This document shows positions 54,473 through 64,000 of a stretch of DNA of 64,000 bases, piece after piece (position 1 is the first letter of the stretch; each line of letters begins with the position of its first letter). A program made the position numbers and the translations under genes. This DNA is from Spirochaetia bacterium. Its GTDB lineage: Bacteria; Spirochaetota; Spirochaetia; DSM-2461. The stretch spans positions 96,001 to 160,000 of the forward strand of contig CAXXIA010000001.1 in NCBI GenBank assembly GCA_963666985.2. Direction: 5' to 3'. Below the pieces are notes generated by a model, which did not search any database, had not been told where the DNA came from, and saw only the letters and a program-made list of their open reading frames with translations.

Positions 54473-55273
54473 TTGGCTGCCGGAACGAAACGAATTCCAT
54501 TGTCATTGCTGGCGGAAAAAACCCTATCCGATCTGGACGGCAAACAAGTTTATTCGGCGATTCTCTGCGGTGAAATCTTCGTTGATGGTGAAAAGGTCAG
54601 AAATCCCAAGGCCTCTGTTTCCGAGGATGCTGTTATCACGCGGCGAATCGGAAAATACGTCGGACGGGGAGGGGTTAAGCTTGAAGGGGCCCTTGATGAT
54701 TTGGGGGTGAACCCCGAAGGACTGATCTGTCTGGATGCGGGAGCCTCAACGGGAGGCTTTACCGACTGTCTTCTTTCCCGCGGTGCCGTTAAGGTCCATG
54801 CGGTCGATGTCGGCTACAACCAATTGGCCTGGAAGCTTCGATCGGATTCGAGAGTGATTGTGCGCGAACGGACCAACCTCATGGACCTGGATCGGTCGGA
54901 TCTCGATCCGCCGCCGCAAATGGCCGTCGCCGATTTGTCGTTTCGATCCCTTCGCGGTGCGGCTTCGAAGCTTCTTTCCCTCACCGGCGGCGGCATCGTC
55001 TTGGCTCTGGTTAAACCGCAATTCGAGAATCACGACGAGCAGGATTTTAACGGGATTGTTAAAACACGCAAGGCGCGTGCGGCGGTATTGGAGTCTCTGC
55101 GCCGTGATTTACCGGCCGAAGGCGTTCATGTCCGGGACGCATCGGCATCACGAATATCGGGAAGGAAGGGAAACGCGGAGATTTTTCTTCTTCTCTCCGA
55201 TACTCCTTCGGACGATTCTTTTTACGTTGAAAAAAGGATTGAGGAAGCTCTGGATGTTATTGATCGGCGCTGA
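54473..55273 (+). CDS. tlyA: TlyA-family rRNA 2'-O-methyltransferase
   Basis: 'YVGRGGVKL','LDAGASTGGFTDCLL','LVKPQFE'; probable TTG start at 54473. Confidence 0.9.
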   Translation: MAAGTKRIPLSLLAEKTLSDLDGKQVYSAILCGEIFVDGEKVRNPKASVSEDAVITRRIGKYVGRGGVKLEGALDDLGVNPEGLICLDAGASTGGFTDCLLSRGAVKVHAVDVGYNQLAWKLRSDSRVIVRERTNLMDLDRSDLDPPPQMAVADLSFRSLRGAASKLLSLTGGGIVLALVKPQFENHDEQDFNGIVKTRKARAAVLESLRRDLPAEGVHVRDASASRISGRKGNAEIFLLLSDTPSDDSFYVEKRIEEALDVIDRR

Positions 55274-55418
55274 GGCTTCGAGCGGCTGAATTATTCCGGA
55301 GATTCGATATCATTTCCGCTCTTTCCGATGTCCGTTGAAGTGAATGTTCGCGGCGGTGAAACGATGATGATTTCAAGCAAAAGAATTCATTCGGGGATTT
55401 CGGATATCCGACGGCCCG

Positions 55419-56216
55419 CTAAAAATCTTCTCGGCTCAAGGGACCTCCGACCCAGAATCCTTCGCCGCCGAGGTAGTCGATTCTTTGACCTTCCACGAGA
55501 AACTGAACCTTATCGACCGTAGGGAATTCGGTGGCCGTATAGACAATCTGCTCCACTTGCGCCCGGTAGCCTTCGATTCCCAAGGCGTTGAAGCGGAACT
55601 GCTCATTGAAATTGAGAAAAGCGATTTTTCCCTCCACGCGTGCGCTTATGAGTGCGGCATCCTCGGGGATAAGGGATATCATGTCGGCCGAGAGTTCACC
55701 GGGAGCCGGTCCGACGATAAGGGCGTTAATGGCGGTCGTCAGCGGTGAACCCGATTCAGGAACGGCTCTCAGAACGCTCTTAAGTCCGATCTTCCCTTCG
55801 TCGCTGACTTTTACGAAAAAGAGTCTGGCTGTGGCGCTCCCCTGGGGCTTTCCCTGCGCCGCATCGGCCGCCTCTTTTTCCGTGGGATGTTCGATATTTT
55901 CCGGCAGACCGATTTCCACGACGGGATTTTCGCTCGGAGCGGACTTGTTGTTTTCTTCAACCCGTTCTATTACAGGAGCCGCCGATTCGGCGATCCCGGA
56001 TGATTCATTCGGCGGGTGCCGGAGAAAAACGATGAGAAATATCAGAAGCAGAAAAGCAATAAGAAAAAGAACGACTGTAACAGGATCGATTTTTTTCCGC
56101 CGATTCTTCCCCGTTCCCGTACCCGTTAAGCCCTCGGGGTTTCTTCGGGGATCGGTTTTTTTAATACCCTTCTTTTGTAAAGTTGTTTGACTCTTTTGTT
56201 TCCCATTTACGGCCAT
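55419..56216 (-). CDS. GerMN domain membrane protein
   Basis: Basic N-tail, one TM, 'AINALIVGP...QIVYTATEFPTVDKVQFLVEG'. Confidence 0.85.
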   Translation of the reverse strand: MAVNGKQKSQTTLQKKGIKKTDPRRNPEGLTGTGTGKNRRKKIDPVTVVLFLIAFLLLIFLIVFLRHPPNESSGIAESAAPVIERVEENNKSAPSENPVVEIGLPENIEHPTEKEAADAAQGKPQGSATARLFFVKVSDEGKIGLKSVLRAVPESGSPLTTAINALIVGPAPGELSADMISLIPEDAALISARVEGKIAFLNFNEQFRFNALGIEGYRAQVEQIVYTATEFPTVDKVQFLVEGQRIDYLGGEGFWVGGPLSREDF

Positions 56217-56221
56217 GGGAT

Positions 56222-56274
56222 ATTATAGGCCGCACGGGCTTTGTTTGACAGCAGTCGCTAATAATCCGTATTAT
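56222..56274. promoter_or_regulatory. Overlapping divergent promoters for GerMN (-) and ptsI (+)
   Basis: + strand TTGACA(56245)-N18-TATTAT(56269); - strand TATAAT at 56227-56222. Confidence 0.6.
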
Positions 56275-56284
56275 TCGATATGTT

Positions 56285-58015
56285 ATGAGGGAATATCACG
56301 GCATTCCTGCCTCCCCGGGCATCGCCATCAATCATGCGTTCGCCCATTATGCTGATGCTGTTCCCATTCCGCGATATTCGGTCGAGGAATGCGATGTCGC
56401 GAATGAGTGGACACGTTATCAAGGCGCCGTCGGACTGGCCTCGTCGGAAATCCGTCAGATTAAATCCGCGTTAGGCCCATCCCATACGGAACAGCATCAG
56501 CTTTTGGACGCTCAGCTTCTGATGCTTCATGATCCGGAAATGGGCGAACACATAAAAACTCAGCTGACCGATACCAGCCGGAATATTGAGTGGATTCTTT
56601 CCGAATACATTGAAAATATGGTGAATCTTCTTGAAGCCTCGGGCGACGAATATCTTGCCGAACGTTCGCTGGATATTCTTGATGTTTCAAGGCGCATTAC
56701 CAATCACCTGCTTTATCGGGAACGTCTTTCGCTTTCCATGATCGATAGGGAAGTTATTCTTGTTTCACCGAATCTTTTGCCCTCGGAAACGATACAGCTT
56801 GATCCTGAAAAGGTGAGGGGGCTTGTTCTTGATGCGGGCGGACGCACTTCCCATACCGCCATTCTCGCCAGATCTTTCGGCATTCCCGCCGTTCTCGGCC
56901 TTCGGGATATCTGCCGGAGCATCAAACCGGATGATCTTATCATCGTGGACGGTGATAAGGGGATTGTCATCGTTTCTCCGGACGAGGACACCCTTTTACG
57001 CTACCGAAGAGATCTTGACCGGCTTCAGGTTAAAGAATCCCGTCTGGATGCTTTCCGGAATCTTCCGGCCGAAACCACGGATGGGGTGCGCATATCGCTG
57101 CAGGCAAATATCGAAATCCCCGAAGAAGTGGATGCGGTGATGAACGCGAACGCGGACGGCATCGGTTTATTCCGTTCCGAATTCCTTTTTATGAATCCCA
57201 GGGAACAGCCCGACGAGGAACGGCAGTATCAAGCCTATGTTCGGGTTCTGGAAGCCATGAACGGGAAACCCGTTACCATCAGAACATTGGATGTCGGAGG
57301 AGACAAACTGCTTCCCACCATGGAGGAAGGTTCCGAGCTGAATCCTCTGCTCGGCTGGAGGGCCATTCGGTTTTGCCTTGAGGAAGAAGAGATTTTTCGG
57401 ATTCAGCTTCGAGCGCTTCTTCGGGCCTCGGCACACGGTAATCTTCGCGTTATGTTCCCGCTTATTTCCAATGCCGCGGAATTGGATGCTTCACTGGCCA
57501 TTCTTGAAGAAGAACGCAGGGATCTTGCGGTTTCGGGAGTTCCCATGGCGGATAATTTTCCGGTGGGCATAATGATTGAAGTACCCTCGGCTGCCGTTAT
57601 TTCCGATATCCTGGCCCGTAAAGCCGATTTCTTTTCCATCGGAACCAACGATTTGATCCAATATTCCATGGCCGTGGACCGCGGCAACGAAAAAATCGCC
57701 TCACTGTATCAGCCCTATCATCCGGCGCTCTGGCGACTGGTGAAAATGACGATTGACAATGCCCGGGATGCCGGAATCCCCGTATCCATGTGCGGAGAGG
57801 TCGCCGGCGATCCCATGGCCGCCGTTCTCCTTTTGGCTCTGGGGCTCAGCGAACTCTCCATGAGTTCTTTTAGTCTTTCGACGGTTAAGCGCATCATCCG
57901 TTCCGTCGATAGTGAAGAGGCGGCCGATTGCCTTCGGGAAGCTTTAACGGCGGCAACAAGCGAGGAAGTGGAATCCTACCTGCGCCGGCGACTGGGAGAC
58001 AGACTTGAGAAATAA
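56285..58015 (+). CDS. ptsI: PEP-protein phosphotransferase (PTS enzyme I)
   Basis: 'GGRTSHTAILARS' active His, 'GIGLFRSEF','FSIGTNDLIQY','MCGE'; no GAF domain. Confidence 0.94.
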   Translation: MREYHGIPASPGIAINHAFAHYADAVPIPRYSVEECDVANEWTRYQGAVGLASSEIRQIKSALGPSHTEQHQLLDAQLLMLHDPEMGEHIKTQLTDTSRNIEWILSEYIENMVNLLEASGDEYLAERSLDILDVSRRITNHLLYRERLSLSMIDREVILVSPNLLPSETIQLDPEKVRGLVLDAGGRTSHTAILARSFGIPAVLGLRDICRSIKPDDLIIVDGDKGIVIVSPDEDTLLRYRRDLDRLQVKESRLDAFRNLPAETTDGVRISLQANIEIPEEVDAVMNANADGIGLFRSEFLFMNPREQPDEERQYQAYVRVLEAMNGKPVTIRTLDVGGDKLLPTMEEGSELNPLLGWRAIRFCLEEEEIFRIQLRALLRASAHGNLRVMFPLISNAAELDASLAILEEERRDLAVSGVPMADNFPVGIMIEVPSAAVISDILARKADFFSIGTNDLIQYSMAVDRGNEKIASLYQPYHPALWRLVKMTIDNARDAGIPVSMCGEVAGDPMAAVLLLALGLSELSMSSFSLSTVKRIIRSVDSEEAADCLREALTAATSEEVESYLRRRLGDRLEK

Positions 58016-59363
58016 CAGCGGACATCGACCGAGGGTTGTTGTCGTGGGCCGGCCGAACGTCGGCAAATCAACATTGTTCAACCGTTTATACGGCCGCAGA
58101 CGGGCCATTACCGATCCGACTCCGGGCGTTACCCGGGATGCCATTGAAGAGGATTGTTCTCTGGCCGGTATTCCCATAACCCTTGTGGACACCGGAGGCG
58201 TGAAGGCTGAATTCAGCGATGTCTTCGACGGTATTGTCGCCAATCGATCACTAAGTTCTCTGGAAAACGCCGATCTTATCCTGTTCCTTTTGGAAAACGG
58301 AGAGCTGACCGGTGAGGACGAATTGCTGGTTGACGCCTTGCGAAGCCGGGCGGATCGGGTGATTCTCGTCGTGAATAAAGCCGATACGCCCGAAAAGGAA
58401 TATCAGGCCGCCGAGTTTTATTCTCTCGGTCTCGGAACACCCATTCCCGTGTCCGCCGCTCACGGCCGAAACATGGACATTCTCGCCGAAACCGTAAGGG
58501 AACACTTGGAAAAGATCCGCTCCAAGATCTCCGCCGACAATGAGGCGGAAGAAAGGGATGAAGCGGACAGCGATATCGTCATCGCACTCGTGGGAAAGCC
58601 CAACGCGGGGAAGTCCACTCTTACGAATCGGATTCTCGGATCCGATGTTTCCCTGGTTTCCGATATAGCCGGAACAACGCGCGACACGGTAACCGGTGCT
58701 GTGGAATACAAAGGACATCGTCTGCGAATCATCGATACGGCCGGAATGCGTCGCCGATCCAAGGTTGCCGAGAACGTGGAGTACTATTCGGTGAATCGGG
58801 CCGTTAAAGCCATGTTTGAAGCCGATGTAACCATTCTGCTCATCGATTCGGACGAGGGGTTAACGGAGCAGGATAAGAAAATTACCGCCCAGGCCGTTAA
58901 AAAAGGCAGGACCGTGGTTATGGCCCTGAACAAATGGGATGAAAAAAAACCGGAGAAAGCGAAGCTCAAAAAAGCCGTGGAGAGAATCCGCTTTCTTTTC
59001 CCCGTTTTGGAATGGGCGCCCATTGTTCCCATCTCCGCTCTGGAAGGCTATGGTGTTCCGAAATTGCTGGACACCGTCGTAAAGGCCGACCGACAGCAGA
59101 ATCGGCGGATCGATACGGCCGAGCTTAATCGGGCCGTGGTTGAATGGACGGACCTGACGCCGCCTCCCACCAAAAAAGGGCGGGCGTTTAAGGTCCGCTA
59201 CGTTACGCAGGTTTCCGTTAAACCCGTACGCTTCATCGCCTTTGTCAATCGCAAGACGAACTTCCCGGAAGCATACATGCGTTTTCTCGTGAATCAGATC
59301 CGCAGAGAGTTCGGATTCGATTCGGTTCCCGTGGAGATGGAACTGAGGGAGGGGAAAAAATGA
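58005..59363 (+). CDS. der: Ribosome biogenesis GTPase Der (EngA)
   Basis: Two G domains (GRPNVGKS, GKPNAGKS) plus KH-like C-terminus. Confidence 0.96.
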   Translation: MRNNSGHRPRVVVVGRPNVGKSTLFNRLYGRRRAITDPTPGVTRDAIEEDCSLAGIPITLVDTGGVKAEFSDVFDGIVANRSLSSLENADLILFLLENGELTGEDELLVDALRSRADRVILVVNKADTPEKEYQAAEFYSLGLGTPIPVSAAHGRNMDILAETVREHLEKIRSKISADNEAEERDEADSDIVIALVGKPNAGKSTLTNRILGSDVSLVSDIAGTTRDTVTGAVEYKGHRLRIIDTAGMRRRSKVAENVEYYSVNRAVKAMFEADVTILLIDSDEGLTEQDKKITAQAVKKGRTVVMALNKWDEKKPEKAKLKKAVERIRFLFPVLEWAPIVPISALEGYGVPKLLDTVVKADRQQNRRIDTAELNRAVVEWTDLTPPPTKKGRAFKVRYVTQVSVKPVRFIAFVNRKTNFPEAYMRFLVNQIRREFGFDSVPVEMELREGKK

Positions 59364-60979
59364 ATTTCTCTCGCCGTATCGGGTCTTCGGTCCGCTGTGC
59401 CGTCCTGTTTGTGGTTTTATTCACTTTGGGACTCTCGGCGCCTCCTGCGGCCCGCCTCGGCGCCGAGGAAGCTGTTTTGTCCCATTATCGGAGTCTTCTG
59501 GAAAAAGCCGGATTTCCGGAGAACGACGAATCGAGGCGTCTGCTTTCGGATGCCATAACCGCCCCCGCTTATTCGGCGATTGAATCGGAATTCCGGATTA
59601 TCCGTCAAATCTCCGACGGAAGACTTGTTCAATTCGAAGTTCGCAAAGGCGTTCGGGAGTGGTATCTTATTTTTCGCAATCAGCGCGGAACCGAACCCAG
59701 GGAAACATATCCCATTTGGGGAAGAGGAACCTGGATTGTCAAAAAAGATCTGCTTACCGGTGATTATCTTCAGGCGAAAGTCTTTCTTCAGGATGATGAG
59801 GAAAGCTTTATCCGTCTCTTTCCCACAGCGGACGGAAGAACGCGCCTGGATGTGCATCTTTACGGATGCCGGATCGGGGATGATGTGGTTATCCCGGTCT
59901 CCTTCGATTCCCTTATTCTTTCTCCCTTCGCCCGGATAGCGGCTCTGACCGACCGGTCCGTTCCCTGGGAAATGCTCTTTCCCGATCCGGACGCGTACGG
60001 ATATCGAATCGTCGAAAACATGGCCTTGGATTTGGGGCTTCAGCCTTCGGACGGCCGGAACGGGGCTCCTTATCCGGAACTTATCGTTGAAGTGGATGAC
60101 GCCGCCGTGAACGGCGGAGGCCAAAACGTTTACATCGAAGACGGAAGAGCCCTTTCCGCGGGAGATTCCGCCTCGGACGGCGGAACTCTGCAGGCCGGAA
60201 AAACGGGAATGAACTGTTCCGGATACGTCAAATGGATTGCCGACGCGGTTTATGCGGCTTGGGCCGGGATTCCGGGAAAAGTCAACATGGACATTGCGCC
60301 TTTAAGGGAACCCACAGGCCGCCGCGGAAACAATCCCTGGAGCGAGTCGCGTTCGGCCGTCGGAGAAGACGCGCGCAGGAATCTGGATTCATTGCTTCGG
60401 GATCCTTATTTCGGCTTGGATTGGAACAGAAATCTGGCCTACGCGGTTGAAGAAGCCCGTCTTGAGAGGGAACTCAAACCGGAAGAAAAGGCCGCTCTGG
60501 ATACGGGCGAACTTCCGGGAGTGCCGTATAGAACGGATATGGGATACGAACTTGCCGATCTTGATACGGCGCTTTATCAGCTGGCGGCCAAAAGGCCGGG
60601 AGCCGTGTATCTGGCGGCCGTGAATTCCAGGTTTAAGCCTGAAGCTACGAGAGAAGATCCGAATCCGATTCCTCTTCACCAATACTGGCATGTTTCGGTT
60701 TTGGCGCCATGGTTCGACAACGGTGCTTCGGGCGGCGAGAGAGGCCGGTTCCGAGTCGCCGTTCTCGATGTCGGAGATGTTTCCGAATCCCTGCTCCGGC
60801 GTCCCGGATTCACCGGAGAACCCCTCTTTACGGCCTCCATTAGGGCCAACGCGGCGCGATATGCCCGGCTTGGACGCGATGATCGGGGCAATGAACTGAT
60901 TCCGGAAGTTCTTATCCATCTGGTGCGGGTCGATGTCGGCAGGAATTTCGAACCGGCGCCGCTGCCCGAAGTCCGCTGA
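59360..60979 (+). CDS. Exported hypothetical protein, possible NlpC/P60-like cysteine hydrolase
   Basis: Signal peptide; 'GMNCSGYVKW' and 'WHVSVL' motifs; ATGA overlap with der. Confidence 0.6.
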   Translation: MNFSRRIGSSVRCAVLFVVLFTLGLSAPPAARLGAEEAVLSHYRSLLEKAGFPENDESRRLLSDAITAPAYSAIESEFRIIRQISDGRLVQFEVRKGVREWYLIFRNQRGTEPRETYPIWGRGTWIVKKDLLTGDYLQAKVFLQDDEESFIRLFPTADGRTRLDVHLYGCRIGDDVVIPVSFDSLILSPFARIAALTDRSVPWEMLFPDPDAYGYRIVENMALDLGLQPSDGRNGAPYPELIVEVDDAAVNGGGQNVYIEDGRALSAGDSASDGGTLQAGKTGMNCSGYVKWIADAVYAAWAGIPGKVNMDIAPLREPTGRRGNNPWSESRSAVGEDARRNLDSLLRDPYFGLDWNRNLAYAVEEARLERELKPEEKAALDTGELPGVPYRTDMGYELADLDTALYQLAAKRPGAVYLAAVNSRFKPEATREDPNPIPLHQYWHVSVLAPWFDNGASGGERGRFRVAVLDVGDVSESLLRRPGFTGEPLFTASIRANAARYARLGRDDRGNELIPEVLIHLVRVDVGRNFEPAPLPEVR

Positions 60980-61107
60980 GTTCGGGATTCTCCCCGTGTC
61001 TGTTGCCCTTCATTATTTAAGGACTCTTTGAACTCATCGCGCTATAATTTAAACGTGGAAATAGAGACGGTTACCGGATTGCGGTCCGTTCTCCGAGGGA
61101 GCAGCCA

Positions 61108-61725
61108 ATGATTGATTTGATCGTAAAAGGGGGCGTGGTTCTGTGGACCATCATGCTTCTGTCGATCGTCGCGGTCAGTATCGTCATCGAGAGATACTTG
61201 TATTTTCGTAAAATCCGGACCGACGAAGAGAAATTGTTTCTCAGAGTGAAATCCGCCATCGCCAAAGGACATTTTGATGAAGGATTGGCCATTTGCGATG
61301 CAAGTCCGTCGCCTTTCAGCACTCTGCTGAAAACGGGCATCGAGCATCGCGACCGCAGTCCCTACGAGCGCAAAGAGGTGCTTCGGGATGCGGCCGCCCA
61401 AGAGGTGCCCAGACTGGAAAAAAACGTAGGCGCTTTGGGCACCATCGCGCATATCGCGCCGCTTCTCGGTCTCTTGGGAACCGTTACGGGCAACATCAAG
61501 GCCTTCGGCGTGCTGGGCCGTTTCGGTTCGGTCGGCGATCCTTCCATGTTGGCTAAGGGGATTTCGGAAGCTCTGCTGACGACGGCGGCGGGGCTTATCG
61601 TCGCCATACCGGCCACCATCTTTTACAACATGCTTACCTCGCGGGTGAACGCGCTTATCGTGAAGATGGAAAATCAGGTGAACGAGATGACTCTTGTCCT
61701 CGGCGAAAGGGAGAGCGGCTCGTGA
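61108..61725 (+). CDS. exbB: MotA/TolQ/ExbB proton channel protein
   Basis: 'APLLGLLGTVTG','GISEALLTTAAGLIVAIP'. Confidence 0.85.
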   Translation: MIDLIVKGGVVLWTIMLLSIVAVSIVIERYLYFRKIRTDEEKLFLRVKSAIAKGHFDEGLAICDASPSPFSTLLKTGIEHRDRSPYERKEVLRDAAAQEVPRLEKNVGALGTIAHIAPLLGLLGTVTGNIKAFGVLGRFGSVGDPSMLAKGISEALLTTAAGLIVAIPATIFYNMLTSRVNALIVKMENQVNEMTLVLGERESGS

Positions 61726-62141
61726 TTCTCACCCAAAGGCTCAAACCCAGGGTTACCCTCGATTTGACGCCGCTGATAGATGTCGTGTTTCAGCTGGTTG
61801 TGTTCTTTATGATTTCCAGCGTTTTCAACACGGCTCCCGGCATCGAACTTGATTTGCCCGATTCTTCCACAAGCGAGGCGGTCGAAGTTACCGAAATCAG
61901 AGTGACCGTCGCCGGTCCCGAAGAAATCTATTTAAACCGCGACCTGGTGGCCCTTTCTTCTCTCGGCGATACCCTGCGCGAGTGGAAGAAACAAGGCCGA
62001 TTGGCCGACGATACGGCGCTGCTCATTGAAGGTGACGGAGAGGTGCCGTATGAAACCATCGTCGGAGTACTGGATCAGGTCCGCAGGGGCGGTATCGATG
62101 CGGTGAATCTGGTAACGGCACCGATAACCGAAAACGAATGA
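61722..62141 (+). CDS. exbD: ExbD/TolR protein
   Basis: 'LTPLIDVVFQLVVFFMI' with conserved Asp; GTGA overlap with exbB. Confidence 0.88.
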   Translation: MILTQRLKPRVTLDLTPLIDVVFQLVVFFMISSVFNTAPGIELDLPDSSTSEAVEVTEIRVTVAGPEEIYLNRDLVALSSLGDTLREWKKQGRLADDTALLIEGDGEVPYETIVGVLDQVRRGGIDAVNLVTAPITENE

Positions 62142-63172
62142 CCAAAAAGAACGACTCTCCGGCCGTCCTTCTGCCCGCCGGGATCAGTCCCGCCGGACAG
62201 GCGGCCAGGAGACGGCTTGACAGAATCCATATGGCGAAGGGAATCGCCGTCGCCCTGCTGTTTCACCTCCTTATCGTGCTGGGATTCTGGCTGTACGATA
62301 TTCTGCGGATTCGGGATATCGGGGAATGGTCGGGACCGGTCTTGGTGAAAATCGGCGTTCCCGATGCGCCTCAATCCCCTCTGCCCGATCCTGGGATTCT
62401 CCCCGAACGCATCGAAGATCAGGCGGTCGTCGAACCTTCCCAAGCACCGAAGGAGCCTGATGCGGAGAACGCACCTTCGAACAGTGCGCCGCCGAAAACG
62501 GAAAGAGCGGCCGATGTTCCGAGAAACGAACCGGTAAAAAAAGACGGTACGGGAACGGCTCCAAACGCCGCGGAGAGTACGCCTGCGCCCTCGGCGAATT
62601 CCTCCGTTCCCAAACAGCCTCCGCCGGCCAGAGTCCGCGGAAGCGAAGAGGGGAATAACTATCTTATTGATTTCGAAGGTTCCGAAGATGAAGTGGGACG
62701 GGCCGGGGCGTATGACTATATAACCAGCTATATGCCGCTTCCCGAAGTTCTTCCCAGCGGTTTGGTGGAAGGAGCGTCCGAATACCTGAAGATGAGCCCC
62801 GAATTTATTCGTTCCGAGATAGAAGTGTATTGGGAAAAAGTCTACGGCGAATATGTCAAAAAACGCGGTACATCGGGAGTTGTTCCGCTTGCCGATCGGC
62901 CTTATTACTGGGGAATCCTGGCCAATTCTCTCAGGTTTAATCCGGCCGATGCGGATTGGCGTACGGCGGGCATGCGGCCGGTTGAAATTGAATTCACGGT
63001 AAAACCTTCGAAGGGAAGCAGCGGTGCGGAACTCGACAACTTTAAATTTATCCGCCGCAGCAACAACCCTTCAGTGGATGAGGCCGTTGTATACGGATTG
63101 TCGCGCTGGATTTATTACAATAAGTCCGACCGAGATGTAAAAGCGCGGATCGTTTACGATTTCAGCGATTGA
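62138..63172 (+). CDS. TonB/TolA-like energy transducer
   Basis: Single TM with His ('LLFHLLIV'), Pro-rich linker, TonB_C-like end 'VEIEFTV...RSNNPSVDEAVV...W'. Confidence 0.6.
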   Translation: MTKKNDSPAVLLPAGISPAGQAARRRLDRIHMAKGIAVALLFHLLIVLGFWLYDILRIRDIGEWSGPVLVKIGVPDAPQSPLPDPGILPERIEDQAVVEPSQAPKEPDAENAPSNSAPPKTERAADVPRNEPVKKDGTGTAPNAAESTPAPSANSSVPKQPPPARVRGSEEGNNYLIDFEGSEDEVGRAGAYDYITSYMPLPEVLPSGLVEGASEYLKMSPEFIRSEIEVYWEKVYGEYVKKRGTSGVVPLADRPYYWGILANSLRFNPADADWRTAGMRPVEIEFTVKPSKGSSGAELDNFKFIRRSNNPSVDEAVVYGLSRWIYYNKSDRDVKARIVYDFSD

Positions 63173-63319
63173 TTTCCCCGGACCGCCTTCCCCCCGGCAT
63201 CGGACTTGATATGGATTACGGCGACCGGCATAACGGAGCCCCGCCGTATCTGTTTTTTTTAAAGAAATCCCTTTGGAGCCGTAACTTGTGCTCACCGCCC
63301 CCCTCGGGTAATGTTAGGC

Positions 63320-63976
63320 ATGGCAATAAAGGCTGTCGGATTCGACATCGATGGAACACTTTACCCCAATCTCCGTGCCTATAAGAGATCCATACCGTTT
63401 TTTTTAAGGAATTTGAGAATTATTATCGCTTTTGCCGCAACCAGAAAGATCATGAGGGAAACCGAAGATGATTCCGATGCTTCCGAAGCAAAGATCTTTG
63501 CCGAGAAACTCGGATGCGATCTGGATAAAGCCCGTAAAATTCGTGATAGAATCGTTTTTAAGGGCTGGGAGGCTCATTTTAGCGGGATGAAGATCTACCC
63601 GGACGTCAGGGATGCATTATTACGTCTGAAAGCCGCCGGATTGAAAACGGCGGCCCTCTCCGATTTCCCTGTCGGACGAAAACTGGAATACTTCGGCATT
63701 GAAGATCTTTTTGATGTTGTTCTCGGGTATCCCGAATCCCGGCGGCTGAAGCCGCGGCCGGAACCGTTTCTTGTTATGTCCGAACATCTCGGCGTTCGGC
63801 CTGAAGAAATTATCTATATAGGGAATAAGCTTGATATTGATGTTCGGGGAGCTGAGAATGCGGGAATGCGCGGTGCTCTCATCGGTCCTCCCGGGCGCAG
63901 AGCTCCCGACGGTGTAACGACTTTCACCGATTACCGGCACATGGCCGAGAGTATCCTCTCCGAGGTGGCGACATGA
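63320..63976 (+). CDS. HAD-family hydrolase
   Basis: 'FDIDGTL','LSD','KPRPEPF','YIGNKLDIDVRGA'. Confidence 0.88.
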   Translation: MAIKAVGFDIDGTLYPNLRAYKRSIPFFLRNLRIIIAFAATRKIMRETEDDSDASEAKIFAEKLGCDLDKARKIRDRIVFKGWEAHFSGMKIYPDVRDALLRLKAAGLKTAALSDFPVGRKLEYFGIEDLFDVVLGYPESRRLKPRPEPFLVMSEHLGVRPEEIIYIGNKLDIDVRGAENAGMRGALIGPPGRRAPDGVTTFTDYRHMAESILSEVAT

Positions 63977-64000
63977 CTTTCAATTTCGACGGCGGCGACA
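63973..64000 (+). CDS. Start of downstream CDS (truncated by window edge)
   Basis: GAGG SD and ATGA overlap with the HAD stop; MTFNFDGGD... Confidence 0.45.

Overview
Core-genome segment of a spirochaete (Spirochaetia-like), judged from protein sequences, the rfuABCD-type operon and the rplQ-rny-ymdB-tlyA-der gene order. The middle (~21.0-48.6 kb) is the translation/transcription supercluster: tRNA-Thr, rpmG, tRNA-Trp, secE, nusG, rplKAJL, rpoBC, rpsLG, tuf, then the S10, spc and alpha operons, without fusA, adk/map/infA or rpsD. The left arm holds clpB, a soluble chemoreceptor with a C-terminal solute-binding domain, a ~510-aa protein with a split HPr domain, nudC, argH, a FecR-PEGA protein, a BMP-family (RfuABCD-like) ABC operon, prs and an FGGY kinase. 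The right arm holds an acidic-repeat membrane protein, rny, ymdB, tlyA, a GerMN protein, ptsI, der, an NlpC/P60-like protein, exbB-exbD-tonB-like genes and a HAD hydrolase. The best lead is an FMN-riboswitch-fold aptamer with substitutions at normally invariant core positions, upstream of the rfu-like operon. Other leads are two candidate small RNAs, a structured prs leader, the split HPr protein and several apparently leaderless genes. No mobile element or CRISPR array was seen. All calls come from reading the sequence by eye; no searches were run.
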